A stretch of 64,000 bases of DNA from Setoptus koraiensis (taxonomy: Eukaryota > Animalia > Arthropoda). Positions within the stretch are counted from its first letter, which is position 1; each line of letters begins with the position of its first letter. Positions 33,976 through 44,682 of this stretch are shown piece after piece. Position numbers and translations under genes: made by a program. Below the pieces are notes generated by a model, which had not been told where the DNA came from, did not search any database, and saw only the letters and a program-made list of their open reading frames with translations. The stretch covers positions 19,902,001 through 19,966,000 of the forward strand of contig CM106586.1 of NCBI GenBank assembly GCA_048013815.1, in the 5' to 3' direction.

Positions 33976-35237
33976 ATGAGATTCGAATGCATCTTTCTCG
34001 TTGCAGCAATCATTATTGCGGTAAGACGCGTGACAACTGACTGCAACTCCATCGAAAACTCCAAGGACCAAATATTTCAATAATTTTCTTCTCTTGACCT
34101 TTACAGATTGTTCAATTATCTTACGCAGGTCGATGCAGACGAGAAAATGACGAGAAGGTCAAGGTGAAAGTTCTCTATGAAAGCCTTTGTCCTGACAGCA
34201 AAAGATTCTGGTGAGTATAGTTTAGATTTGGGTTCCATAGCTCGATTGGCCAGATTTGATTATGTTAAAAAAAAAAAATTCATCTGATGTATTTAATTAT
34301 ATCGTCGCTATTGTTGACGTCTCATTAGGACAAATCAAATTGCCCCCGCTTACGCATCATTATCCTCAATAATGGATGTCGAGCCGATAGCTTTCGGTCA
34401 TGCTAGTATCAAAGATGACAACTCTATGGAGTGTCAACACGGTCAGGCAGAATGTATTGGAAACCGAATTCACGTAAGTAACCGAAATATACAACTCATT
34501 TTAAAAGCAAACGTCCGGTCGCCCACATTGATTTATCTCTATTTGCAATATATTTACTTTGTTTTCTTCTAATAGGCTTGCATAATCAACTTGGAACCTA
34601 GTCAGAAGCGAATGATTGAAACCATCGATTGTATATTCCGAAACTTCAGAAGAGGTGACTGGACTAAGCAGGCGAAACAGGTAAGTCTGAGTGCCTGGAA
34701 ATCCTCTCAATCTACAGAATTACTTACAAAATCGTTTTGATATTGAATATTTGTTCTCAATTTGACTAACTACATGCCAGTGTGTCGAGGAAAAGACCAG
34801 CCTAACTTGGTTCTCCGTCTACGACGATTGTGCCATGAAACAAAAGGGTAAGTTTATTTCGTCCGCACCGAACACATCATTTGATAACAGACAATTCAAT
34901 TCAATTGAGCCTGATCAATCTTCCTGATCTACTCACTCTATCTCACAGGCTTTGATTTGATGAGGGAAAACAGCAAAATCACCGGAAATGTGGGCTACGT
35001 TCCTGGCATACTAGTCAATGGCGTTGGCGGAGAGGAGGTACAAAGTCAAGCAGAGTACAATCTGGCTAGATATGTTTGCAAACTTTACAAGGTAAATTAT
35101 CACCATAGAGACCTCCGTTCCCAAATATCTAAATTGAGCAAGTATATCCAACGAAGTGACCAATCAATGTCTCTTTTTCACCCCGCCTGCTCACCCAGGG
35201 TACCAATCGCCCAGCAAGTTGCCCGGCAAAGGCCTAA
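33976..35237 (+). CDS. IFI30: Gamma-interferon-inducible lysosomal thiol reductase (GILT)
   Basis: 7 exons: 33976-34020, 34107-34210, 34329-34473, 34576-34680, 34781-34847, 34949-35091, 35199-35237. Motifs YESLCPDS and CQHGQAECIGN; signal peptide. Confidence 0.93.
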
Positions 35238-35657
35238 TCCCAAGATCCGAACTAGTTAGGCCCGACAAATTTTGCTCACCAGCTCATTTCGATTGAGATC
35301 ATGGACCAAATAATAAATTTAAACCTTATAATGTGATCTTTTCGCTAAAGTTTGTTGCATCAGCCTATGAGATATTTCTTTTTTCTTTTAAAAAATTTTT
35401 TTTTCCTTCGAATGTCGCGCCTTTTCGAGAGCGCAACTAAAGTGCGAAAATCATCTGGCATCGGCACAAATGTGCACAAGTGCTCACTGTCGTAAAAAGC
35501 TCACCTGACTGTAATTCTAGCATTAGATTTTAGAAATTCGATCCAATCGCCATTCAGATTCGAGGAGTTGTCCAAACAATATTGGTTTTCTCTTTGATAT
35601 AATTCCCTAATTAACTCGTTATCAATCTACAGCATCTTGTCTTGTCAATTTTGAAAA

Positions 35658-36507
35658 ATGTCACGTGGATCTAGCGCCGGTTTTGATCGTCACATCACCA
35701 TCTTCTCGCCCGAGGGACGTCTCTATCAAGTTGGTTAGTATTCAAACAAAAACAATAATTGCTGTACTTGTAAATCAAACACTCTAGCCACTCACTAAAT
35801 TCATCCGACGATTATCCGTCCCAATCAATGCCCATCATGCAAACACTCCAGAGTATGCATTCAAGGCAATCAATCAGGCAGGTATCACCTCAATTGGACT
35901 CAAAGGCACGGAGAGCGTTTGTGTTGTGTCCCAGAAGAAGGTCGCCGACAAGTCAATAGATTCTGGCTCGATATCCCATATATTCCGCCTAACAAACACA
36001 ATCGGATGCTCGATCACGGGCAATCTGCCCGACTGCTATTCACAAATTCAACGAGCCCGCTACGAGGCCGCCAATTATGAGCACAAATTCGGCCACTCTA
36101 TTCCAGTTGAGACACTCACCAGGAGGTTAGCCGACATTGCTCAAGTTTACACACAAAACGCAGAAATGAGGCCTTTAGGTACCAGTATGATGCTAATAGC
36201 GTGCCCGGACGGAAAACCATCCTTATACAAGACCGATCCCGCCGGTTATTATTGTGGATACAGAGGATGCTCAGTTGGCGTTAAATCAGTTGAATGCTCC
36301 AATTACTTAGAGAAAAAGCTGAAAAAGAAACAGGACTATAACAAGACAGAAACAGTGGAGCTGGCTATCAGGGCATTGAGTCAAACTCTTGGAATAGATT
36401 TCAAGCCATCCGAGTTACAAGTGGGTCAAGTAGACAAATCTGGTGTATTTAAAATTCTCAGTGAGCAAGAGATTGAAGAGCATTTGAACGCTATATCTAT
36501 GGGTTGA
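35658..36507 (+). CDS. PSMA6: 20S proteasome subunit alpha type-6
   Basis: [28 protein letters not shown] signature; exons 35658-35733 and 35852-36507 (phase 1). Confidence 0.97.
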
Positions 36508-36773
36508 TCGCGGCGCCTAATTGTTAGGTCATGGATGAATGCAAATTGAAATAAAATAAGGTGCAGTTCAGTATTGTCGCTTAAGTACAGGTTTTATTGA
36601 TGATATTGAGATACCGGTTATTGGTGGCTAGCGAATTGAACTGACTACCACGCTTAAGCATAATATTTTGTATTTACAGTATGGATATTTGATAGATATT
36701 CTTTCAATATCAGCTATTTCACACAGATTAGAACTCTAGGGGAGAGTAGACCAAACCCTGCGATTTCTATTCC

Positions 36774-37609
36774 TTAATGATGTGGAGATTGCGTAATATC
36801 CGGCTGCATTTTTAATGAATTGATTATTGCACCCGTGATCTATTTGATTGTGAGAAGGGCGAAATAGAAAGAGAGTTATAGTCTTAATTATACTTCCATA
36901 ATCTCTTGTTGAGCGGTATGTTATAATCATTGAACTCAGACTGCTCTCAGATTTCGATCATCATCTACATATCATCTAATATACTTACAAGAAGAACGTC
37001 TGAATACAAACACGTGGAAGCTTTGTCGTGGATATCATTTATAGCCACCTGGGCCAAGTCTCGATTCCCTCTTTGAATACAATTATATAGACAATGTGTT
37101 AGCTCGACTAGAAATTTAGACGACAAAGGCACTCCGACGAGGATTCTTGAGCATAATTTGCAAATGTAAATAATGTACTGACTAGGTATCCTGCTCATAT
37201 GCTGCGAATAAATAGCAAGTATACGTCGTAAAATATTCATTTTGTTTTTTGCACAAATCGTCTCAACTGGATCATGGCTTTCTAAATTATAAATAACTAG
37301 TAATAATTGATCAACCATGTCGTCTCTATTGATGAGACTAACGCTAACAAGAGAAGGAACAAAAATCATTGTGAATGTATGTAGTTGTTCGTCGTTAGAC
37401 CTAGCGAGTTTGAGTAGATGCTTGCATAGTGTAGACATCTTTTGAGATTCTAATTTTGACTCCATAACAATATCCAATAGTTTGTCCAAAGTCCACCCCC
37501 TAAAAACCAATGGTAGATTATCAATTAGCTTTTCCAAATCCAGTGGATTCGTGGGCTGGTGTGCTATTTCGGGTGGAAGGGTTTTCAGATTTGGATTTGA
37601 AGTGGCCAT
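36774..37609 (-). CDS. FAM126: Hyccin / FAM126 (PI4KA complex subunit), compact form (about 228 aa)
   Basis: Motifs LLLVIYNLE, LCSRI, DLAQVAINDI...LYSDVLL|ITGAIINSL. Exons 37609-36989 and 36839-36774 (phase 0). Confidence 0.8.
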
Positions 37610-37720
37610 GCCTGTTAGGTGATAACTGTTTTAGTTCTTTGAATATATTATTAAAGTTAAATAAATAATGATTACTACTCTATCAATGTTCCTATGAAGC
37701 CTAAGTTTTACTCATGAGTA
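37556..37720 (-). repeat. Copy A of an inverted duplication (upstream sequence plus first 18 codons), hyccin side
   Basis: ATGGCCACTTCAAATCCA is identical to 40032-40049. Similarity continues to codon 18 and, with indels, roughly 60-110 nt upstream; the outer boundary is approximate. Confidence 0.8.
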
Positions 37721-38006
37721 AGCATTAATTGTATAAATGGACTGTTCCTTATGTAACAACATGTTTTACAGTGCCAAGTGAACATCGATATGATGAGAAA
37801 TTTATCAAAACATCTGACAGCGCTTCGGATGCATGAGTGATATCGTGTTCAGGTATTTTGTTTTTGTTCTGCGCAAATCATAGGGCGTAGCAATAATTTT
37901 AAACTTTCCCCATCAATCTTTCCGTATGTAATAATGGTGTGAATAATATATCCCCTTTTGGTTAATCAGCAATTTAATTATTGGTTTCAAAAAAGTAGTA
38001 ACAATT

Positions 38007-38978
38007 ATGATGAATTTGGGCGGTGACACTGGCGGTACGTGTAGCGTCGACCAGAAAGTATCAGTGCATGACGAAAAAGAAGTTCACCTGTCGAAATTTG
38101 AGTTCATTAGGATCTTGGAAGCATCGGTCAATCATAAAATGATCACGTTTGAGGCCCTATACAAAGGCCAAAAGGCCGTTATCAGATTGGAGAAGACAAT
38201 ACTAGATGAGCAGTCGATTTATGAGTTGCTCAAGGATCAGGGATGTGTTATAGAGAGAGATTTTCACAATGACATATATGGTAATTATTTCTCTTTTCCG
38301 TCTGGATTAGCCAAAAGTTTAACTAGCATAAAAACTACCCTCATACATCCTGCCACAGAAGCCGTCATCATCAAATATACCAAACACGAGCGTTCTCTCA
38401 TCAATGAAACTAGCGAGGATTATTACAAATTTGTAGAAGATCATATACTAAAGCGAATTGGCCCAGAAAAAGAGTCAATTCGTTGGATATATCAGATTTT
38501 AGAGCACAAATCAGAACAAGAAAGGGTTATTTTTGATTTGCAAGACGAGGAGAATGGTTTCATGATGCTGCCAGATCTTAAGTGGGGAGGAACCATTGAT
38601 GATCTCTACATGTTAGCCATCTGTTACAGACGTGATATCAAATCTTTGAGAGATCTAAATGGTCGACATCTGACGCTACTAAACAATATTCTATCCAAAG
38701 GCACGGAAGTTATTTGCTCCAAATATAATATAAGGAAAGGAAATCTCAGGGTATACATTCATTACCTCCCATCATTCTACCATTTCCATGTGCATTTCAA
38801 GAATGTCGGTGGCTCTAGCCAATCAGAAAGCTCTGATCGCGACAATCTACTAGTGACCGTTATAAACAATATTATGTTACGTGACGACTACTACCAGAAG
38901 GCGACACTGACCTTCCCATTGTCGCATCTAGACCCTCTATTCGAAATTTACCAAAACCGAGACAGAAGCGACAAATGA
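38007..38978 (+). CDS. DCPS: m7GpppX diphosphatase (scavenger decapping enzyme)
   Basis: Intronless; LPDLKW, IKSLRDL, and HIT motif HYLPSFYHFHVHF. Confidence 0.95.
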   Translation: MMNLGGDTGGTCSVDQKVSVHDEKEVHLSKFEFIRILEASVNHKMITFEALYKGQKAVIRLEKTILDEQSIYELLKDQGCVIERDFHNDIYGNYFSFPSGLAKSLTSIKTTLIHPATEAVIIKYTKHERSLINETSEDYYKFVEDHILKRIGPEKESIRWIYQILEHKSEQERVIFDLQDEENGFMMLPDLKWGGTIDDLYMLAICYRRDIKSLRDLNGRHLTLLNNILSKGTEVICSKYNIRKGNLRVYIHYLPSFYHFHVHFKNVGGSSQSESSDRDNLLVTVINNIMLRDDYYQKATLTFPLSHLDPLFEIYQNRDRSDK

Positions 38979-39939
38979 CTGACTTGCCCATTCAGCTCAT
39001 CTAGTGATAGACGCCACTTTCCTTGCGAGTTTCCGTAATGCAAGTGAACAACTCTCATTGAGCCTGTCTTTACAATGCTCGCATACTCAACTCAGTGGGT
39101 GTTCATTTTCTATTTGGTTTCTAGCTGGTGACATAGACAAAACAGGCAACTCAACTGTCGCTTTCACGGATAAATTACGTGGTACGAGATTTAGCGTATT
39201 CATTGGGGCACAAGACAATACTCTACACCGTCCGCCCGCCCCCGTAATTTGTTTATGGCAGCGACTGTAACTGTCAATCAGGTGAGAGTCTACTCTTCTC
39301 ATCGCATAATAAAGACGATTGAGGAAAGTTCAAAAACTAATTGCCACTATCCGAGGATTGCGCAGAAACAACAAATCACCTGATGTGTCCTTCTCAATTA
39401 TTTTCAGTGTGTATTTTTCTTCATCATCCCCTGTTTGTTGTCCACTTGAAGAGCTTGGCAACGAGAAACGTGTTCTTGCACCTCGTTACTACTCAAGGGT
39501 TTATTTTCAAAACAGGGTATCGCCTACTGCGTGATTATTCACCTCCGTCACCGCCGGCCAGTTTGCGGAGTAACGGCGCGCGGCTCACGCCTTTTTCTCG
39601 CCTAGTTTTCCCTTTGAGCTCGCCACAAAAAGGACCGGATATTTTGATTTTAGCACAAGATAATGTTACTTTTCTAGATTTTTTCCGTCGTCGATGTGTT
39701 CTCTCGCGATGGAACCTCTCAGTGAGTTGAGTTTTTCGTTCGCCATTTAACGTCTGAAAGGGGGCGTGAACCGCACAGTTCGTCGGAACTAGAAACGAAG
39801 CAGGTGAATTGGATCACCCTGCTGATACCCAATACCCTGTTTTTGAAAATCAGACTCATGGAGAAAAATAAAACAAATTGATCAACCACCCTACGGATAA
39901 TCTGTCTTACTCGTCTTACAGCAACATTATTCAGGAGTC

Positions 39940-40085
39940 ATGGTAATGAACTAAACTCTGGCTTACCAACAACTGATATTTGATTTTAAATAAATTCAAG
40001 GATCTATACATACAACTATTACTAAATCAACATGGCCACTTCAAATCCAATCTTGAAGAACTTCCCACCGGAGATCACATATCAA
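39940..40085 (+). repeat. Copy B of the inverted duplication, MPDU1 side
   Basis: See 37556-37720; the upstream boundary is approximate. Confidence 0.8.
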
Positions 40086-40808
40086 ACCATGGATGTCTGT
40101 AAGAAGTTGTACGAAACTAAATGCTGTCACGATCTTATTCACCACTTGAATATTGCAGATGATTGCATGAAAGTCTTTGGTGCTAAAACACTGGGCTACG
40201 GTATCATAGTTGGAGCCTCAGCAGTCAAATTGCCTCAAGTATGGAAAATATTCTCCACAAAGAGTGGGGCAGGCATCACTGTACTTGGTGTCATACTTGA
40301 GTTACTGGCTATTACATTCAATGCCTCGTACAGCTTTAGGAAAGACTTTCCTTTCTCGGCTTGGGGAGAGGCCATATTCCTAGCTATTGAGACTGGCATG
40401 ATAGCCTTCTTAGTTTTGTTCTACAGTGGCAAAAAGCTACAATCGTTTGTGTTCTCTCTCATCTATGGAATTATTATTTATTCATTACTATTCCTGGTGT
40501 CTGTGGAGACACTCTGGTGGCTTCAGTCTACTGTTTTACCAATGTCTATCATAGGAAAAAGTATACAAGTCGTTAAGAATTACCAAGCAGGCCACACTGG
40601 ACAAATATCTGCAGTGACAGCTTGGAGCATTTTAATCGGATCATTGGCAAGAGTTTTCACAACCATCCAAGAAACTGGTGACATGTTAACTGCTGTTACG
40701 TTTGCTTGCTCTTCAGCAGCGAATGCCGTGATCGCACTTCAAATTGTCTACTATTGGAAGGCAACCACGAAGCATATTGAGATGGCCAAGAAGAAGAAGA
40801 AAAATTAG
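40032..40808 (+). CDS. MPDU1: Mannose-P-dolichol utilization defect 1 protein (PQ-loop)
   Basis: KTLGYGIIVGASAVKLPQV, FSAWGE, NYQAGHTGQISAVT, RVFTTIQETGD; C-terminal KKKKKN. Confidence 0.93.
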   Translation: MATSNPILKNFPPEITYQTMDVCKKLYETKCCHDLIHHLNIADDCMKVFGAKTLGYGIIVGASAVKLPQVWKIFSTKSGAGITVLGVILELLAITFNASYSFRKDFPFSAWGEAIFLAIETGMIAFLVLFYSGKKLQSFVFSLIYGIIIYSLLFLVSVETLWWLQSTVLPMSIIGKSIQVVKNYQAGHTGQISAVTAWSILIGSLARVFTTIQETGDMLTAVTFACSSAANAVIALQIVYYWKATTKHIEMAKKKKKN

Positions 40809-40886
40809 ATTGTTTTAATTAACACTTTTAACACTGGCATATTACTTAGACTTGTTATATGTATAGATATAGTGAGCCAGATCATT

Positions 40887-41576
40887 TCAGATTATATAGA
40901 ATAGTCGCAATGTTCCAAGAATAATAAGAACCAAGATGAGAAAAAGAATAACATAGATAACCGTCCAAAATTTCATAGTGTTCTTGTGTGTTACAATAGT
41001 TTCCTTAATATTATCGCCACCAATATCGATGTTGATCAGAGCTGATTGCATGGAACTGAAAACACTGGCCACGGTTCTCCTTGTATCCTCAATATTAGAG
41101 GCTACGATCGATAGGAGCTTCTCATTCTCGCTCATGGATATTTGTAATCTTTTCAACGCTTCGATATCTATGTTGTTTGGCGGATTATTGCCGGTATTAG
41201 GTCTATGAGTTTCGTTAGAGGGAGAGTAAACCTCATCAACATTTTTTACAAACGAATAGGTTTTTGTGATTCCCGGCAAGTAATTTTGCTGCCATTCGTA
41301 CATAAAATATTGTAACTGTTGAGTGGCGATTTCATTATAGAGAGTATCAACGTCGTGTTTCTGCATGGACGATTGTATGCGTCCTATTAGTCGGATGATT
41401 TGATTACTAGTTTCACATATATCATCAATATTGCGACTAAATGAAAAGTCAGGCTCATCTTGAGCAAGTCTCATACTTTTTGCTCTTATCTTGTGGACTC
41501 TCAAGCAGCTATCCAAGGCATTGAATCTACTTTTAACTTGCTGACACAAATCTATGAGTTCGCTTAATTCACTCAT
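40887..41576 (-). CDS. Divergent syntaxin-like tail-anchored SNARE
   Basis: Intronless 229 aa: helical N-domain, linker, heptad region, basic residue then a C-terminal transmembrane segment. Confidence 0.65.
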   Translation of the reverse strand: MSELSELIDLCQQVKSRFNALDSCLRVHKIRAKSMRLAQDEPDFSFSRNIDDICETSNQIIRLIGRIQSSMQKHDVDTLYNEIATQQLQYFMYEWQQNYLPGITKTYSFVKNVDEVYSPSNETHRPNTGNNPPNNIDIEALKRLQISMSENEKLLSIVASNIEDTRRTVASVFSSMQSALINIDIGGDNIKETIVTHKNTMKFWTVIYVILFLILVLIILGTLRLFYII

Positions 41577-41747
41577 GACTTCCGATCATACTGAAATTGA
41601 GCGGCTGATTCTTATAACAAATGTTTTAATTAAAATTTTATTTTCCTCTTTGTTGGAATACCAAAAGAATTATCAAAATAGTATAGTTTATCTCTCGATC
41701 AAAGCACATTCTTACGTCAAGGATGTGTGATGTAATACAATTTTGTA

Positions 41748-42864
41748 TCATAATTTTTCCATCATTTCTGGAACAGCCTTGAATAGGTCAGCTTCTAAGC
41801 CTAGGTCAGCGACTTGGAAAATAGGTGCCTCCGGGTCTTTGTTGATAGCTACTATAGTTTTTGAATCTTTCATACCGGATAAATGTTGAATAGCCCCAGA
41901 GATACCGATAGCAATATATAGCTCAGGAGCAACCATTTTCCCTGTTTGACCCACTTGCATGTCATTTGGCACATACCCCGCATCAACAGCCGCTCGCGAT
42001 GCTCCAACGGCTGCCTTTAATTTCTCGGCCAGCTTGTAGATGAGATCAAAATTTTCTTTGCTTTTGACTCCTCTACCTCCAGAGACAACGCACGAGGCAC
42101 TCGTCAAGTCGGGGCGTTCATTCTTGCTCAATTCTTGACTAACTAACTCCGTAAGTCCTGCATATTTTTCTATGCCATCGGGTATCTTGACTTGTTCTAC
42201 TGTGGCCTTAAGGGCATCATCCAAATCGACCCTTTGGAATGCGGTTGATCGCGCCGTAAATATTTTTACTTTATCATCAGATTTGTAGGTCTGTATTGCC
42301 TGGCCTCCGTAAATTGGTCTGATGAAGGTATCTGGGGAGGTGATTCCTATTACTCCGGTGATAGGTTGAACATCTAATTTGGCGGCCACTCTAGGAAGTA
42401 GATTGCTACCGAAGGCGTTGGCGCCGGCAATGATGTGAGAAAATGAGTGCTCTTTCTGAAGATCGATAACAACTGGGGCCATGCGTTCAGCTAGCACTTG
42501 ATTGAATGAGGCATGATTCGCCACAAACACTTTATCGACATGCTTTGCTTTCTCTACTTGGGGTATGATTTTATCGGGACTGCTGGAGATAACAAGCAAG
42601 TTTATCTTACCACCGATTTTTTGAGCGGCCGCAATTGCATTAAATGTTATCGGAGTAACGAGCTCATTGTTGTGATCTACTATAACCAAATTGCTGTTGA
42701 ATCGAACTCCAGATATTCTTCTAAGATTTCTCTGCGACGAATTTTGATGATATAGAATAGATAGATAAGTATTAATTGCCGCTGTACAATGACTTAGGCT
42801 CTAGCTGGTGTGAATTTCTAGTAGCAAGACTTACCACTAATTTCAAACTGTTTGCAGCAAACAT
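41748..42864 (-). CDS. ETFA: Electron transfer flavoprotein subunit alpha, mitochondrial
   Basis: Exon 42864-42835 ([10 protein letters not shown]) plus 42731-41748. Motifs [34 protein letters not shown]. Confidence 0.97.
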
Positions 42865-43184
42865 TTTGTTGATGAATTGATGTCGTACCGGTCGAATAAT
42901 AGAACACTTGCGATATAATTTGACTTAATATATATATTTTTATTATTTATGATTTAAAGTATTAATTTGAACAAATTCAATCAGTTTTGACAATGTTGGT
43001 AGATTTTTTTATTTTACCTTATGAGTTCTGTTGTTTACGATGAACAATTTTCTTTAAACATATTTGTGTACACTAACAATGGCACGAACTCTATAATATA
43101 CCACGACTTGCGCTACTGATGGCTCAGACTGAGATTGCCTCGATTAATTGATGAAAGCCACGAGAGAGGTCGCATGAGTATAAG

Positions 43185-43985
43185 TTAGTTACTACCATCT
43201 AAGTATGAGCGGGAATAAGCAGAAGTCAACTCCTCCAAAGTTAATTCGTTAGTAAGTTCTGGGAAAGTCATCCAAATATCTATATCAGTATAATCGTACA
43301 TGACATGATGGGCATAAGTTATGGTTGATACTTGTCTTGGTGCAATATTTGCGCTTATAATTTGATTCTGATCCACGGCATAACCATAATTGCCATTAAT
43401 TTCATATGGCTGCATAACCATTATCTGTTGTTCTGGATACAATTCAACATGTTTTTGTTGATAGTCGGCCGTGGACAACGATGCCGATGACGATGGTTCT
43501 GAATCGCCACTGGCTGTATCCATGTTAGCCTGGTACACTAGTATATCACCGGAATTTTCTTGGTCTACTGGCTCATGTTGATTGTGATAGAGATGCTGCT
43601 GATCTCGTTGATGTGCATCGGGTTGCTGTTGCACGTTAGTTGAGTCGCCGAGAACCTTTGGAGGATACTTTCGTTTGATTTTGAGCAAGGCCGCTTCATC
43701 GTTTCGCCGGAAGAATTTATGCGTGTACATATTTGGACCAATTTTTCTGAATCCATACATGTGCAGTTGGCGAACGAACGATTTGGGTTCCTTAGTGTGA
43801 AAAAGCGATTTTGCGCTCTTGCCAAGGAAGTTGGCTTTGAGTTCCTTGACATTGACGAAAAAACTTGAGCCGTCCTCGTTCCAGCCGATAACATCATTGT
43901 ATTGTTCGTCATTCACCAATTTCCACAATTTTTGCGGAAATATCATCTTGTTGCCTCCTTTCCTGCTAGTTTTGCTCACTTCCAT
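43185..43985 (-). CDS. HSF-type DNA-binding domain protein lacking an obvious trimerisation coil
   Basis: FPQKLWKLV, IGWNEDGSSF, SFVRQLHMYGFRK; intronless, 266 aa. Confidence 0.88.
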   Translation of the reverse strand: MEVSKTSRKGGNKMIFPQKLWKLVNDEQYNDVIGWNEDGSSFFVNVKELKANFLGKSAKSLFHTKEPKSFVRQLHMYGFRKIGPNMYTHKFFRRNDEAALLKIKRKYPPKVLGDSTNVQQQPDAHQRDQQHLYHNQHEPVDQENSGDILVYQANMDTASGDSEPSSSASLSTADYQQKHVELYPEQQIMVMQPYEINGNYGYAVDQNQIISANIAPRQVSTITYAHHVMYDYTDIDIWMTFPELTNELTLEELTSAYSRSYLDGSN

Positions 43986-44062
43986 GATTATATATTATAT
44001 ATTAGATATTGGTGATTTGATTATAATTATTGTTTTTTAATTATTATTTAATTAATTAGCCG

Positions 44063-44248
44063 ATGTTGCTGCACGCCGATAAAAAGAGGAACTGGGGTGA
44101 GATGGGCGTATTTGTTCAACTGCGTGTGCGTGCATCTCCGGTGTGGGCACCAAAGTTCTATATGTTAATAATGATAGTGACCCCTTTTCCCCCTTTTTGT
44201 TGTTTGTTTTTAGAATTGCTGGCGCACGCTTGGCTTAGACTCGACTAA
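44063..44248 (+). other. Spliced micro-ORF or uORF candidate (22 aa)
   Basis: Exons 44063-44096 and 44214-44248. The 117-nt intron has a GTGAGA donor and a long pyrimidine tract before TAG. Confidence 0.3.
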
Positions 44249-44682
44249 CCGGCTCTGGCGTCCGTTCCTATTCGGGCTCAGACGCTCGCCGCTGTCGAGC
44301 TAACAAAGCAAAGACCAACCGGACACAATCGAACTAAATGGAACTAAATCGAACCCAAAACGGGAGGCGCGCCACCCCGGCAACAAGTTCGCTGTGAGCC
44401 GCAGTGAGTCTGCAATGCGCAGGCTACATTGCAGATTTCAGAGCTGTGACCTTTTAAAGATGGCGCCAAGCGGGCTTGCTGCTGTGCTGTCGCAGAGTGC
44501 TGCTGTGTGTGGCACGGTACGCGATGGAACGCATAAACAGCTCACAAACATTGTCAGACAAACATGGCTTTGTCCTTTTACTTGCACTGCCAATACACTA
44601 CTGGGTGTTATCCGCACTTGTGTATAGCACAACTTGTCAGCATTGTGCACTATTGCGCTTGTGTGTGTGCGTGTGCAACTCC

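Noticed and set aside
39004-39302. Second in-frame TGA case (NEHPLS*VCEHCK...) on the minus strand
   Set aside because: No recognisable family on either side of the stop, and the complementary frame is equally open, so chance cannot be excluded.
44230-44420. RNase P/MRP or telomerase RNA (GC-rich, CGGGCTCA and AACCCAAAACGGG motifs)
   Set aside because: The required CR-I GAAAGUCC or GGAAGGUCUGAG partner was not found and no template repeat is evident. An Infernal scan would settle it.
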